Shown in pieces: positions 17,727 through 27,146 of a DNA stretch of 64,000 nucleotides. Within the stretch, counting starts at the first letter, position 1. Every line of letters begins with the position of its first letter. Origin of the DNA: a virus; the IMG/VR virus record IMGVR_UViG_3300045978_000375, positions 1 to 64,000 of that record, one strand, 5' to 3'. The notes under the pieces are model-generated. The model was not told the DNA's origin. It worked only from the letters and a program-made list of their open reading frames with translations, and did not search any database. The position numbers were made by a program, and so were the translations under genes.

Positions 17727-18200
17727 GTGGCAGGCCCCCCTCGGATCTCGCAGGCAGACCTCGAAGCGAATTTCCCGCCCGACACCGTGCGGGCCGTTTT
17801 CGCTGACGCGGGTGGCATGCTGGCCGGGCCGCGGCTCGCAACCGCCTGCCTCGTCGCCTCTCGGATCGCCGAGTCGCTCCTCTTGAAAGCCTGGTCACTC
17901 GAGCAGATCGACGAGCTCTTCGCCGAGGACCAGGCCATTGTGGCGCTCACCTGCCAGATCGCAATGGGCTGGGGGACGAGCGGACGAGCTGAGTGGTCGG
18001 GGCAGGGGGCGCCGTTCGAGGGGCTGCAGAAGGCGGCCGAGGGGGCGCTCGACAAGATTGCGGCGGGCGCGATGCGGTCCCGGGGCGAGAGCCACGGAGC
18101 TGGTGTGAACGCGACGATTACGGGCCGGCAGGACGCGCCCCCGGACCCGCAGTTCATGTTCGCGCCAAATCGCCTGCGTCCTCGCCGCGGCGGCTACTGA
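17727..18200 (+). CDS. head-tail connector-like protein (Mu gp36 position)
   Basis: 157 aa with a GTG start. Its stop overlaps the next ATG. The call is positional. Confidence 0.35.
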   Translation: MAGPPRISQADLEANFPPDTVRAVFADAGGMLAGPRLATACLVASRIAESLLLKAWSLEQIDELFAEDQAIVALTCQIAMGWGTSGRAEWSGQGAPFEGLQKAAEGALDKIAAGAMRSRGESHGAGVNATITGRQDAPPDPQFMFAPNRLRPRRGGY

Positions 18201-18601
18201 TGGCCGACCTCGAGGTCAGGGCGGAGAGCGACCTCGACAAGGTCCTAGCTGGTCTCGCCGCGCAGGGCAGGAGCATCGATCGGCTCCTGCCGGTGATTGC
18301 CGAGATGCTGGTCGGCGCCGTGCATGACGTGTTCGAGGCCGAGGGGCCCGGATGGGCCGACCTCGCCGAGAGCACAAAGGCTCGCCGGCGCGGGACCTCC
18401 TACAAGATCCTCCAGGACACCGGGCTTTTGGCGAACAGCGTTGCGGCTCAGTACGGCAGCACGTATGCTGAGGCGGTGGACGGCACGACCTACGGCATCT
18501 ATCATGCACCGGACCCGCAGGGGCGCGACTGGACGGTGCTCGGTCCGTTCGAGGCCCCCCTCCTAGACGACGTGGCGGCGCTGATTACGGGGCAGTTTTG
18601 A
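18200..18601 (+). CDS. virion morphogenesis protein (Mu gpG / tail completion S-like)
   Basis: Internal ATG overlaps the upstream TGA. The pattern FEAEGPGWADL...ILQDTGLLANSV...GTTYGIYH matches this family. Confidence 0.55.
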   Translation: MADLEVRAESDLDKVLAGLAAQGRSIDRLLPVIAEMLVGAVHDVFEAEGPGWADLAESTKARRRGTSYKILQDTGLLANSVAAQYGSTYAEAVDGTTYGIYHAPDPQGRDWTVLGPFEAPLLDDVAALITGQF

Positions 18602-18783
18602 ACGCGCTTCAAGACCTCCAGCGAGCCATGAGCAAGCGCATGCCGCATTGGGATGGGCCGTTCACCGTAGAACTCGTAGATGAGGCAGATATGGATGGGC
18701 CCGTGCTCGTGCGCGATCGCCATGGGAACGAGGTCGCGCAAATGTCGCAAGAGGCTTGGTTCCACCTCGCCGAGCGCGAGTGA
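18598..18783 (+). CDS. hypothetical protein
   Basis: 61 aa. TTG start overlapping the upstream stop. Confidence 0.35.
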   Translation: MNALQDLQRAMSKRMPHWDGPFTVELVDEADMDGPVLVRDRHGNEVAQMSQEAWFHLAERE

Positions 18784-18971
18784 CCGTCCGCGTCACCTAC
18801 GTCGACACCGAAGGCCAACACTGGCGGGCTCGCACGCTCTCCGAGCCGCACTACGACTGCAGGCCGACGAGCATCCTTGTGAAGCGCGGTCCCCGGCTCG
18901 AGGTCGTCGAGGCCCGGTACTCGCGGGGGCGGGAACCTGGGACGTGGTCGCGCATCGCCGAGCCGGCCTGA
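18780..18971 (+). CDS. hypothetical protein
   Basis: GTG at 18780 overlaps the upstream stop (GTGA). 63 aa. Confidence 0.35.
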   Translation: MTVRVTYVDTEGQHWRARTLSEPHYDCRPTSILVKRGPRLEVVEARYSRGREPGTWSRIAEPA

Positions 18972-19004
18972 GTCAGCCGCTCGCACTCGCCGCACGCTCG
19001 AGGC

Positions 19005-19973
19005 GTGAGCTCGTCCGTCCAAAACGCCCGCGCGCTCGAGGCCGCGCTACAGCCGCTCCAGGGCACGGCTGCCGTTGGCAAGCTCGTCGTGAAGACGGCT
19101 GACGCCGGTCCCGACGAGGTGCTCCACCCGGGCCAGTGCGCGGTGCCGGTCGTGGGCGGGCAGTTCTCGCGCCAGGCGATGGTATTCGTCCGGAAGAACC
19201 CCGCCGTCACCGACGGAACCTGGACCATTACCGCGGCCGGCACGCTGGTCGACGTCGAGGCGCTCCAAGGCGGCGAGCGGCCGAACCTTCCCGGCGGCAC
19301 GCCGTACCGCTGGGATCCGCCGCTCGAGGGCATCGAGCTCGAGAGCGCCTCAGATGCGAGCGGGCTCGCGGGAGGCACGTGGACGGGCGCCTACGCGGGG
19401 CTCAGGCAGGTCGTCTACCTGAAGAGCCTCGACGCCAACGCGAGAAAGGCGCTCTTCCAGGCGCTCGTCAGCGACTGCCCGGCCGTCGTCATCGCCTGGG
19501 CGGCGACCGCGCCGCTCGATGGTCCGCTTGCGGGGAGCCCGGGGCCGCGGACGGCGCGTGTCGGCCAGGGCACGATGCTCTATCGGCATACCTGGTTTCT
19601 GTTCGTCGTGACCAAGCGGCTAGACGGCTCCTCGCATCGCTCGCTCGAGGGCGACACCGTGCGGGATGACGTCCTCGCGATCCTATTCGGCAAAAAGCTC
19701 GTCCGGAACGGCGTCTTTCAGGTGAGCTTTTCGCCCGGTGCCCACGTGCAGAGCGCGAACGTGCAGGACGTGACGCCGACCTCCTACATCGACCGCGTGA
19801 CGATGGAGACGACGGTGTCGTTCACCGCCGAAACCTCGACGGACGCGAATCCTTGGCTCCGCTCGCGGCTTCGTCAGCAGACCGATCCGCAGGCACCGGA
19901 CCCGCCGCTCGATCTTCCGAACATCATCATTCCCATGCCGCCTGACGGTCCAGGTCCGGGCCCGTACCCGTAG
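19005..19973 (+). CDS. putative tail completion / terminator-like protein
   Basis: 322 aa located between the connector genes and the sheath. The C-terminal half loosely resembles Mu gp37-type proteins. Confidence 0.35.
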   Translation: MSSSVQNARALEAALQPLQGTAAVGKLVVKTADAGPDEVLHPGQCAVPVVGGQFSRQAMVFVRKNPAVTDGTWTITAAGTLVDVEALQGGERPNLPGGTPYRWDPPLEGIELESASDASGLAGGTWTGAYAGLRQVVYLKSLDANARKALFQALVSDCPAVVIAWAATAPLDGPLAGSPGPRTARVGQGTMLYRHTWFLFVVTKRLDGSSHRSLEGDTVRDDVLAILFGKKLVRNGVFQVSFSPGAHVQSANVQDVTPTSYIDRVTMETTVSFTAETSTDANPWLRSRLRQQTDPQAPDPPLDLPNIIIPMPPDGPGPGPYP

Positions 19974-20018
19974 CGTCGAGGGGTCACGCTCGGGGGCGGC
20001 AGTCAGGCTCGCTCCTGC

Positions 20019-20384
20019 ATGGCCGCCGCACCGAAGTTTGCTCTTTTCGTGAGCTCGGTCTCGGGGCGGCTCGCATCGCGGCCCGGCTCTCCGCACACGT
20101 ACATCGGCGCGCGGCTGCCGAGTCCCGAGGAGCGGAAGGCGGGCTCGAGCGAACCCGTCTGGAACCCGGACGAGATCGTCCCGATCCTCGAGTCGGAATA
20201 CAAGGACCCGCGCTTTCTGCGCCACTGGGACGGGATGATCCGTGACGGCGACCTCCTGTCGCGCACCGAAGCCGAGTGGCAGGCCTACGTGCAGGGGCTC
20301 GAGAAGGTCGAAGTCGAGCGCACGAAGAAGCTCGAAGCGGAGTCGCGGAAGGCCAAGACCGAAGCAGCCGGAGGTAAAGAATGA
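20019..20384 (+). CDS. hypothetical protein
   Basis: 121 aa, coupled (ATGA) to the sheath gene. Confidence 0.45.
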   Translation: MAAAPKFALFVSSVSGRLASRPGSPHTYIGARLPSPEERKAGSSEPVWNPDEIVPILESEYKDPRFLRHWDGMIRDGDLLSRTEAEWQAYVQGLEKVEVERTKKLEAESRKAKTEAAGGKE

Positions 20385-21910
20385 GCGCACCGCTCGCAGT
20401 CGATCCGTCGATGATGCGGCCGGGGATCTACGTCGTCGTCAACTTCCTGCGCGGCGCCTCGAGCCCAGGCGCGCAGGGCCTGCGGTGCGCGATCATCTCG
20501 CCGCCCGCGTCGACGCCAGGAAACCAAACGGTCGGCACCGAGATCCGGCAGGTATTTTCGGCTGAGGAGGTCGAGACGGCGAGCGGTAAGAGCCTCGCCT
20601 TCTACGCCTACAAGTCGCTTTTCGCGAACGACCCGCGGGCGGTCACCGACCTCGTGCTGTGCGCGGCGTCCGCCGGCGCGACGGCGACCGGCACCATCAC
20701 GTTTACGGGCGCGCCGACCTCGAACATGACGTTCCGCTTCTGGGGCCAGGGCTGGTCGGTGGACCTCCCCTGGAACGTCGGCGAGGCCAACACGGTCGCG
20801 AGAGATCGCGCCGTCACGCTCATCAACCAGCTCGCGGCAGACATGAGCGCCATCGCGTCAGCTGGCTCGGGCGGCGTCGTGAACATCACTTTCCGCACGG
20901 TCGGCCCGGCCGGCAACGATTTTCGCATTCGGACGTCCATCATCACGGGGGCGGGCGCCACGCTGCCGACGAGCGGCGCGACGCTCACGGGCGGCACGAC
21001 CGAGGTGGACATGACGACCGCGCTCTCGACGCTCGGCGTGAAGGAGTACGACTACATCCTCATCTGCGCATCGAACGCGGACGCGCAGTCGTCTTCCGGC
21101 ACGGCGAATCCGGGGCGGCTCGCCGCCCACATCGACGCGAACCTCACGGGCTCGGCGGCGAAGCTCCAGCAGGGCGTCTACGGCTCGACCGGAACGATCG
21201 CGCTCGCGAAGACGAACGCGATTGCCCGCAACCACACGAACCTCGAGCACGTCCTCTCTCGCTCGGACGAGTCCCTCCCCTGCGAGGTGGCGGCGGCCGA
21301 GCTCGGCGACCGCATGAAGCGCCGGCGCCTGGAGTCGAACGCGAACCGCGTGCTCCAGCCGCTGAAGCGCATCAAGGGCGCGGCGGACCCGACGACCGCG
21401 CGCACGACCGACACGGAGGCGCAGGACGCGCTCACGAACGGCGTGACGCTCATCGGCTACGCCGCGAACACGAACGCCGTCATGCTCGAGCGGTCGATCA
21501 CGACCCACAGCCAGGACACGCTCGGAAACCCCGACCGCCGCTGCGTCGACACGAACGAGCCGGACTCGCTCTACGACTACGCGAAGGACCTCCGAGCCGC
21601 CATCCCGCAGACCTACCTGTCTCCGGACGGCCAGGTGAAGATCGCGAAGGACCGCGAGCCGGGCGACGCCGACAACCCGGCTGGAGTCGTCGAAGAGCGC
21701 GACGTGAAGAGCACGATCGCGAACCGCACCTTGGGCTTCTGGGTGCCGAAGGGTGTCATCGATGGCGCCGCGTTCGAGGCGTCCCTCGCAGACGGGACGC
21801 TCATCGTCGAGATCAACGCGTCCGACCCGACGCAGTGCGACATCTTCATCCCGGCGAAGGTCTTCAAGATCGCCGCGAAGTTCGGCCTCTACATCGCAAA
21901 GGCGGCCTAG
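20381..21910 (+). CDS. contractile tail sheath protein
   Basis: 509 aa, directly upstream of a 128-aa tube-like gene, the chaperone and the tape measure. Size and synteny fit a sheath. Confidence 0.7.
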   Translation: MSAPLAVDPSMMRPGIYVVVNFLRGASSPGAQGLRCAIISPPASTPGNQTVGTEIRQVFSAEEVETASGKSLAFYAYKSLFANDPRAVTDLVLCAASAGATATGTITFTGAPTSNMTFRFWGQGWSVDLPWNVGEANTVARDRAVTLINQLAADMSAIASAGSGGVVNITFRTVGPAGNDFRIRTSIITGAGATLPTSGATLTGGTTEVDMTTALSTLGVKEYDYILICASNADAQSSSGTANPGRLAAHIDANLTGSAAKLQQGVYGSTGTIALAKTNAIARNHTNLEHVLSRSDESLPCEVAAAELGDRMKRRRLESNANRVLQPLKRIKGAADPTTARTTDTEAQDALTNGVTLIGYAANTNAVMLERSITTHSQDTLGNPDRRCVDTNEPDSLYDYAKDLRAAIPQTYLSPDGQVKIAKDREPGDADNPAGVVEERDVKSTIANRTLGFWVPKGVIDGAAFEASLADGTLIVEINASDPTQCDIFIPAKVFKIAAKFGLYIAKAA

Positions 21911-21913
21911 CCC

Positions 21914-22300
21914 ATGGCAGACGTGAACGACTTCGCCGACTACCCAAAGGGCCGCATGGCGATGGGCTCGGGCGACCTCATCGACGTGACCGACATCACC
22001 GTCACGTGGGAAGACGGCGAGAAGTCGGTCTCGACGCTCCGGCAGAACCCGGCCGGCTCCACGGGCGGCGCCCGGTCGTGCAAGGTCACGTTCAACTCGG
22101 CCGTCAGTCATGCCGGGTTCGAGCGCGACTACTTCGGCAAGTACGACAAGCGCGAGGTCCTCGAATTCCGCTTCAAGGTACCGGGCAAGACGTTCGTCGT
22201 GACCGGCCGGCTCACCTCGCCCGAGCTCGGCACGAGCGTGGACGACTTCACGAAGTCGAAGTGGATGGTCGTCGGCAAGTACAAGCCCGTCGCGGCGTAG
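21914..22300 (+). CDS. tail tube protein
   Basis: 128 aa, immediately after the sheath gene. Confidence 0.65.
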   Translation: MADVNDFADYPKGRMAMGSGDLIDVTDITVTWEDGEKSVSTLRQNPAGSTGGARSCKVTFNSAVSHAGFERDYFGKYDKREVLEFRFKVPGKTFVVTGRLTSPELGTSVDDFTKSKWMVVGKYKPVAA

Positions 22301-22303
22301 CCA

Positions 22304-22927
22304 ATGGCCAAGCCTGTCGAAGCCTTCGGGGGCCGGACATGGGACGAGCTCGAAGTGCTCGAGCACGACGCCGGACAGCTGATGTTCCCAGCCGTGCTCA
22401 GGCGCAGGGACCCAAAGGGCGCAGTCGTCCAGACGAAGGTTCGCGTCCGAGTGCCGTCGCCCGAGGACACCTTCCGGGCGCGTGCGGCGGCCCGCAAGTG
22501 GGCCGGGGAGCTCGAGCTCGACCCGAAAGAAGACGTGGACCTTTTCAAGCAGCTCGAGCAGCTCTGCTTGCTTGCGCGGTCGGTGCGCACGTTCGATTCG
22601 CACGCGCAGTTCGCGGAGCCGGCCGAGCTCGGCAAGTACGACGAAAGCTGCCTGCACGACCTTCAGGAACAGATCGCTGCCTTCAAGGAGCAGCTCGACC
22701 CGCGCGACTCCGTCGAGACCGAGGAGCAGGTGTGGCGGAAGGCAGTCGAGATCCAAAAGGCGGCGAACATCGGCCCTTTAGTCGATACCGCTGGGCGCGA
22801 TCAGCAGCCCTTCGTGCTGCGTATGGTCGAGGAAGCGCTGCGCTCCCCGACCGGGTTGTCTTGGCTGCGCTCGTTCGGGATCTCGATTCCGGAACCTTCA
22901 CCGTCGCCGAGCTCAGCGCCATCCTGA
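22304..22927 (+). CDS. tail assembly chaperone (0-frame product)
   Basis: 207 aa between the tube and tape-measure genes. The -1 frame stays open and looks protein-like up to 22986. Confidence 0.55.
   Translation: MAKPVEAFGGRTWDELEVLEHDAGQLMFPAVLRRRDPKGAVVQTKVRVRVPSPEDTFRARAAARKWAGELELDPKEDVDLFKQLEQLCLLARSVRTFDSHAQFAEPAELGKYDESCLHDLQEQIAAFKEQLDPRDSVETEEQVWRKAVEIQKAANIGPLVDTAGRDQQPFVLRMVEEALRSPTGLSWLRSFGISIPEPSPSPSSAPS
22774..22780 (+). promoter_or_regulatory. candidate -1 ribosomal frameshift heptamer C CCT TTA
   Basis: An X XXY YYZ heptamer in the 0 frame of the chaperone gene. The -1 frame runs to the TGA at 22984-22986, which overlaps the tape-measure ATG (ATGACTGA). Confidence 0.35.
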
Positions 22928-22978
22928 ACGGCTCACGCGCGGATCCCGCGTGGCGCAAGCTCGTGAAGGAGATCAGCG

Positions 22979-25042
22979 ATGACTGACCGTCGCGTAGGCG
23001 TGCGGCTCGACCTCACGAACGCCGGTTTCAACAGTCGCCTCGCCGACTCGCGGCGCGAAGCGAAGAGCCTCGAGCAGGCGGTCGACCAGATCGGCGAAGG
23101 GGCTGCGCGCGCGAGCCGCAAGACGTCGAGCTTCTTCGGCGTCATGAAGGCCGGCGCGAGCGGCGCGAAGAATTCGCTCGGCGAGCTCGGGGGCGAGGTG
23201 CGGAAGGTGCTCGGGCAAGCGGCGACGCTCGGCGGGGCGCTCTCCATCGGCGCCGCGATCAAGAGCGCGCAGGACGTGACGAAGTCCTACAAGGACCTCG
23301 CGTTCGCCATCAGCGTCGGCAGCGGCCAGGCGATGAGCTGGCAACAGGTGCAGGCGAACGTCGAGGCCGTCTCGGGACGCTGGAAGCTCTCGAATGCCGA
23401 AGTCGCCGAGTCCTACGCCGATATCTTCCAGGAGACTGGCAACGCGAGCTTTGCCGTAGCCGCCATCGACAAGGTCGGTGCAGCGGCCATCGCCTCCGGC
23501 AAGAGCACGAAGGTGTTGAGCGGCATCGCCGGCACGCTGAACGAGAAGTTCGGTATCGGCGCCGAAGGGCTCGAACAGGCGCTTGCGGCCTCGCTCGAGC
23601 TCGGGAACAAGGGCGGCGTCTCGGTCGAGGAGCTCGGTGAAAAGCTCGGCTTCGTCGGGGCGAGCGCAAAGCTCCTCGGGATGAAGGGCCAGGCCGGCCT
23701 CCAGCAGGTGATCGGCATGCTGAACCTGGCGGACGACGCGATCGGTCCGCCGCGGCAGAAGTTCCAGGCGCTCTCGCAGCTGCTCGAAGGCATGGCGAAC
23801 CCCGAGCGCGCGAAGGCGGTCCAGAAGGCGCTCGGCGTGCAGCTCCTCGACGCGAAGGGGAACGTCCATGCCGACGCGCTCGAACGCGTCCTCGCGAAGA
23901 CCAGGGGCAAGCAGAGCGAGCTCGCCAAGGTGTTCTCGGGCGGCGAGCTGAAGCTCATGGCCTCGCTCGGAGAGCCGTTCGCCAAGGCCTTCGAGGAGAC
24001 CAAGGGCGACGTCCAAACCAAGATGACGGCCGGCATCGAGGCCTACCGGGCCGCGCTCGGTGACGCAGGCAAGGTGGCTTTCGACGGCGCCGCCCTCCAG
24101 AAGGAAGCGATGGAGCGGCTGAAGGACCCGCAGCGGCAGCTCCAGGACGCGATGACGCGGTTCGAGAAGGCGTTCCAGCGCCCGGAGATGATCGCTGCGA
24201 TCGACAAGCTCGCAGCCTCGGCGCCGCGGCTCGCGCAATCGTTCGCGAACCTCATCGGCTTTGCTGTGAACCACCCGGCACTGGCGGCCGGCGCGGTCGT
24301 GGGCGGCGTGGCGGCCAAGGGCGCAGCCGGCGCCGTCCTCAATAAGGTGAGCGAGGCCGCCATGAAGACGGCGGCGGACACGTTCTCGAGCTTCGCGGCG
24401 AAGAATCCCGGCTGGGCAACCGCCGGCAAGGCGCTCGGCGTGGCGGCCGCAGCGCTCGTCGCCTACGAGGTCGGGAAATCGCTCATCGACGCCAGTATGG
24501 ACGATGACGAGAAGCGGCTCGACGCCGCCCGCGGAGCGGGCGCCGCAGCCGAGGCGATGGCGAAACACGGCACCGGTACGCCGGCCGAGCGCGCAGAAGC
24601 GGCCGCGAAGCTCCGCCGCGAGATCGAGTCGCTCGAGAACGAGGGGCCCGGCACCGCGAATAAGCTCTTCGGCTCGATCGCAAACGCCATCGACCCGAAC
24701 GTCGAGCGCGCCGAAACCCGGCATGCGCGAGAGATCGCGGAGCGGAAGGCGCAGCTCAAGCTACTCGAGGGGAGCACGGGAACGGCGCCGCCAGCGCTCT
24801 TGCCTGCCGAGGCAGCGGTAGCCTCCGGCGCCGGGTCGCGGGCGAGTGCGGCCGACAAGGTTGCTCGAGAGGTCGCGACCGGCGAGCCGAAGAAGGTGAC
24901 CATCTCGAACGAGGAAGCCATGGCGCGCGCGATCGGCAGGCAAGTCGGGCAGGAGGTGCGGAGCGCAATCGCCGGCCTTGGTCCCGGCACGAACGGTCTG
25001 CCGCCGGTGCCGAGCAACACCCCGGGGAGCGCGGCCCGATGA
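22979..25042 (+). CDS. tail tape measure protein
   Basis: 687 aa, Ala/Gly/Lys-rich and helical, located after the chaperone gene. Confidence 0.8.
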   Translation: MTDRRVGVRLDLTNAGFNSRLADSRREAKSLEQAVDQIGEGAARASRKTSSFFGVMKAGASGAKNSLGELGGEVRKVLGQAATLGGALSIGAAIKSAQDVTKSYKDLAFAISVGSGQAMSWQQVQANVEAVSGRWKLSNAEVAESYADIFQETGNASFAVAAIDKVGAAAIASGKSTKVLSGIAGTLNEKFGIGAEGLEQALAASLELGNKGGVSVEELGEKLGFVGASAKLLGMKGQAGLQQVIGMLNLADDAIGPPRQKFQALSQLLEGMANPERAKAVQKALGVQLLDAKGNVHADALERVLAKTRGKQSELAKVFSGGELKLMASLGEPFAKAFEETKGDVQTKMTAGIEAYRAALGDAGKVAFDGAALQKEAMERLKDPQRQLQDAMTRFEKAFQRPEMIAAIDKLAASAPRLAQSFANLIGFAVNHPALAAGAVVGGVAAKGAAGAVLNKVSEAAMKTAADTFSSFAAKNPGWATAGKALGVAAAALVAYEVGKSLIDASMDDDEKRLDAARGAGAAAEAMAKHGTGTPAERAEAAAKLRREIESLENEGPGTANKLFGSIANAIDPNVERAETRHAREIAERKAQLKLLEGSTGTAPPALLPAEAAVASGAGSRASAADKVAREVATGEPKKVTISNEEAMARAIGRQVGQEVRSAIAGLGPGTNGLPPVPSNTPGSAAR

Positions 25043-25980
25043 CGGCGAGCTCGGCCGAAACGGACATCTGGCTCGGACTTGGGCCCGCGAGCTTCCAGCT
25101 CGATGGCGGCTTTCTGCACCAGTTCACCGCGCAGGTGCTGTCCGAAGGCGGGAGCAACCGCATCGCCAAACGAGACCGGCCCTTTCGGGACGGAGCGAAG
25201 CTCGACTTCGTCGGAAACAACTCCGACGAGTGGACGATCGACTGCATCTACAACAACGACGTGACCGAGCCGGGGGCGGAGTTCGACCGCTGGCCGAGCT
25301 CGCTCGAGGACCTGATCGCCGACCTGAAGACCGGCGACACCGGCACGCTGAACCTCCCCTGGAAACGCGGCCTGCGTGTGAAGGGACTCGACTGGCAGCG
25401 GGTGGCGAACGCGAACGAGAATCGAAGCGGCGAGACACTCCGGGTAAAATTCCAGGAGGACAACGAGGACAGCCTCGACCGGCAGGCCTTCGACCTTGTG
25501 ACGGTGAAGGCGACCCTGCCGAGCACGGTCGAGGCGGCGCAGTTCGACGCGGAGAGTGAGGGTATGGATCTCTTCGCCTTCGAGGACATCACCCAACTTG
25601 CGGCCGACATCGTCGGTCTCCTGAATCGACCGGGCGAAGTGTCGGCGGCGCTCCTTCACGCCGGCAACCGGATGATCCGCGCAGTCGACACAATCGCGAA
25701 TGCCTTCTCGACGGGAGAGCCAGGGCGCGACCAGCTGAACACGCCGGCGGGCGCAGGTCTCAACCGGCAGCTCCTCGAGATGCGCGAGCTCGGCGCACGC
25801 GCGGTCGGCGAAGGGCGCCCGCGGCCGACGCGGACGATGCGGTTCGACAAGCCGCGGGACATCTGGTCGATCGCCACCGAGGTGCGCCAGGGGCCGAGGG
25901 ACTTGATGACCATCAACGAGCAGATCGAGGACTTCGCCTACATCCCGCCCGGCACGCCCGTTCGTGTCTTCGCAGACTGA
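25039..25980 (+). CDS. Mu gpN-like (DNA circularisation / tail) protein
   Basis: 313 aa, coupled (ATGA) to the tape measure. Position matches Mu gp43. Confidence 0.5.
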   Translation: MTASSAETDIWLGLGPASFQLDGGFLHQFTAQVLSEGGSNRIAKRDRPFRDGAKLDFVGNNSDEWTIDCIYNNDVTEPGAEFDRWPSSLEDLIADLKTGDTGTLNLPWKRGLRVKGLDWQRVANANENRSGETLRVKFQEDNEDSLDRQAFDLVTVKATLPSTVEAAQFDAESEGMDLFAFEDITQLAADIVGLLNRPGEVSAALLHAGNRMIRAVDTIANAFSTGEPGRDQLNTPAGAGLNRQLLEMRELGARAVGEGRPRPTRTMRFDKPRDIWSIATEVRQGPRDLMTINEQIEDFAYIPPGTPVRVFAD

Positions 25981-25985
25981 CGTCC

Positions 25986-27146
25986 ATGGCGAAGCGCCCA
26001 GACCATGACGAGGTGAAGATCGAGTCGGCCGAAGGCGGCGACGCCTCCGTCGTGATCGACCGGGCAACCCAGTACGAGATCATCACCGACATCCTGTCGC
26101 CCTCTACGGCGCGCTTCGAGCTCGGGGATGAAACGACCTGGGAGCCTCTCCGCGAGGCAGCGAAGATCGGCGCGCGCATGACGGTGAGCGTCGGAGGCTG
26201 GCCGCGGCTCACCGGGCGCCTGCTCACCCGAAACCTCGCGCTCTCGGCGAGCTCGGGCGGCACGGTGCAGTTCGCCATCCGAACGCGGCTCGCGGACGCC
26301 ATGTTCAGCGCCGTCTACCCGAAGATCGGCGTGAAGAACGTCTCCTTGAAGGACCTCATCGTGAAGGCCTTCTCGCTCGACTACGAGGGCAACCAAACGG
26401 GCGTCACCGAGTCGGACTTCATCTTTCAGGCGAACGTCGCGCGCGAGATCCTGACGGGCCGCTCGAGTCCCGGTCGCGCGGCGCCCGAGGTCCGCAACAT
26501 GCGCGAGGACGAGGCGCGGCCACACCCGCCCGAGACGGTGTACCAGTTCGTCGACCGGCACCTCTCGCGGTTCGGGCTCATCATGTGGGACGCCGCCGAT
26601 GGGCGGATCATCGTGGGCACGCCCGACGACGCGCAGCGACCGCTCTACCAGATGACGGCCCGCCGGCGCCCGAACTCTCAGGCGAACAACCTCCTCTCGG
26701 CGACGAAAACCGAGGACTTCGAGGAGGTGCCGAGGGACCTCTGGGTGTTCGGTGTCGGAGGTGGGAAGGACCAGGAGCTCGCGGTCGTGAAGTTCGTCGC
26801 GCTCGACGACACGCTCTTTGGCTCGTCGCCGAGGCTCTTTCGGAGCGCCACCATCATCGACAACGACATTCGGACGCAGGCGCAAGCGGAAGCTCGAGCG
26901 CGGCGCGAGATGATGCGGCGCTCCCTGCAGAAGGACTCGTGGGTGCTCGAAACCGACGGCTTCCACCACTGGGACGGGAGCGAAACGCTACCCTACGTCG
27001 TGGACACGGTCGCGGACGTGCAGGTGGACATCGCAGGCGGGTCCTCGGGCGCCTACCTCGTCTATCAGGTGGCGATGGCCTGCAACGCGCAGGATGGGCA
27101 GAGGACGCGCCTCACGGCGTGCGGGAAAGGCGTCTGGGCGCTCTGA
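25986..27146 (+). CDS. baseplate hub protein (Mu gp44 / P2 gpD-like)
   Basis: 386 aa. Called from position and overall pattern. Confidence 0.6.
   Translation: MAKRPDHDEVKIESAEGGDASVVIDRATQYEIITDILSPSTARFELGDETTWEPLREAAKIGARMTVSVGGWPRLTGRLLTRNLALSASSGGTVQFAIRTRLADAMFSAVYPKIGVKNVSLKDLIVKAFSLDYEGNQTGVTESDFIFQANVAREILTGRSSPGRAAPEVRNMREDEARPHPPETVYQFVDRHLSRFGLIMWDAADGRIIVGTPDDAQRPLYQMTARRRPNSQANNLLSATKTEDFEEVPRDLWVFGVGGGKDQELAVVKFVALDDTLFGSSPRLFRSATIIDNDIRTQAQAEARARREMMRRSLQKDSWVLETDGFHHWDGSETLPYVVDTVADVQVDIAGGSSGAYLVYQVAMACNAQDGQRTRLTACGKGVWAL

Noticed and set aside
20659-22986. A 775-aa plus-strand ORF spanning the sheath, tube and chaperone genes.
   Set aside because: It is Arg/Gly/His-rich off-frame translation across three genes with good synteny. 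Only its last ~70 codons look real, and those are explained as the -1 frameshift extension of the chaperone.
22973-26067. Two very long minus-strand ORFs (22973-24724 and 24463-26067) opposite the tape-measure and gpN-like genes.
   Set aside because: Same artefact class as above. The products are Arg/Gly/Pro-rich with no motifs, and they oppose a coherent late operon.
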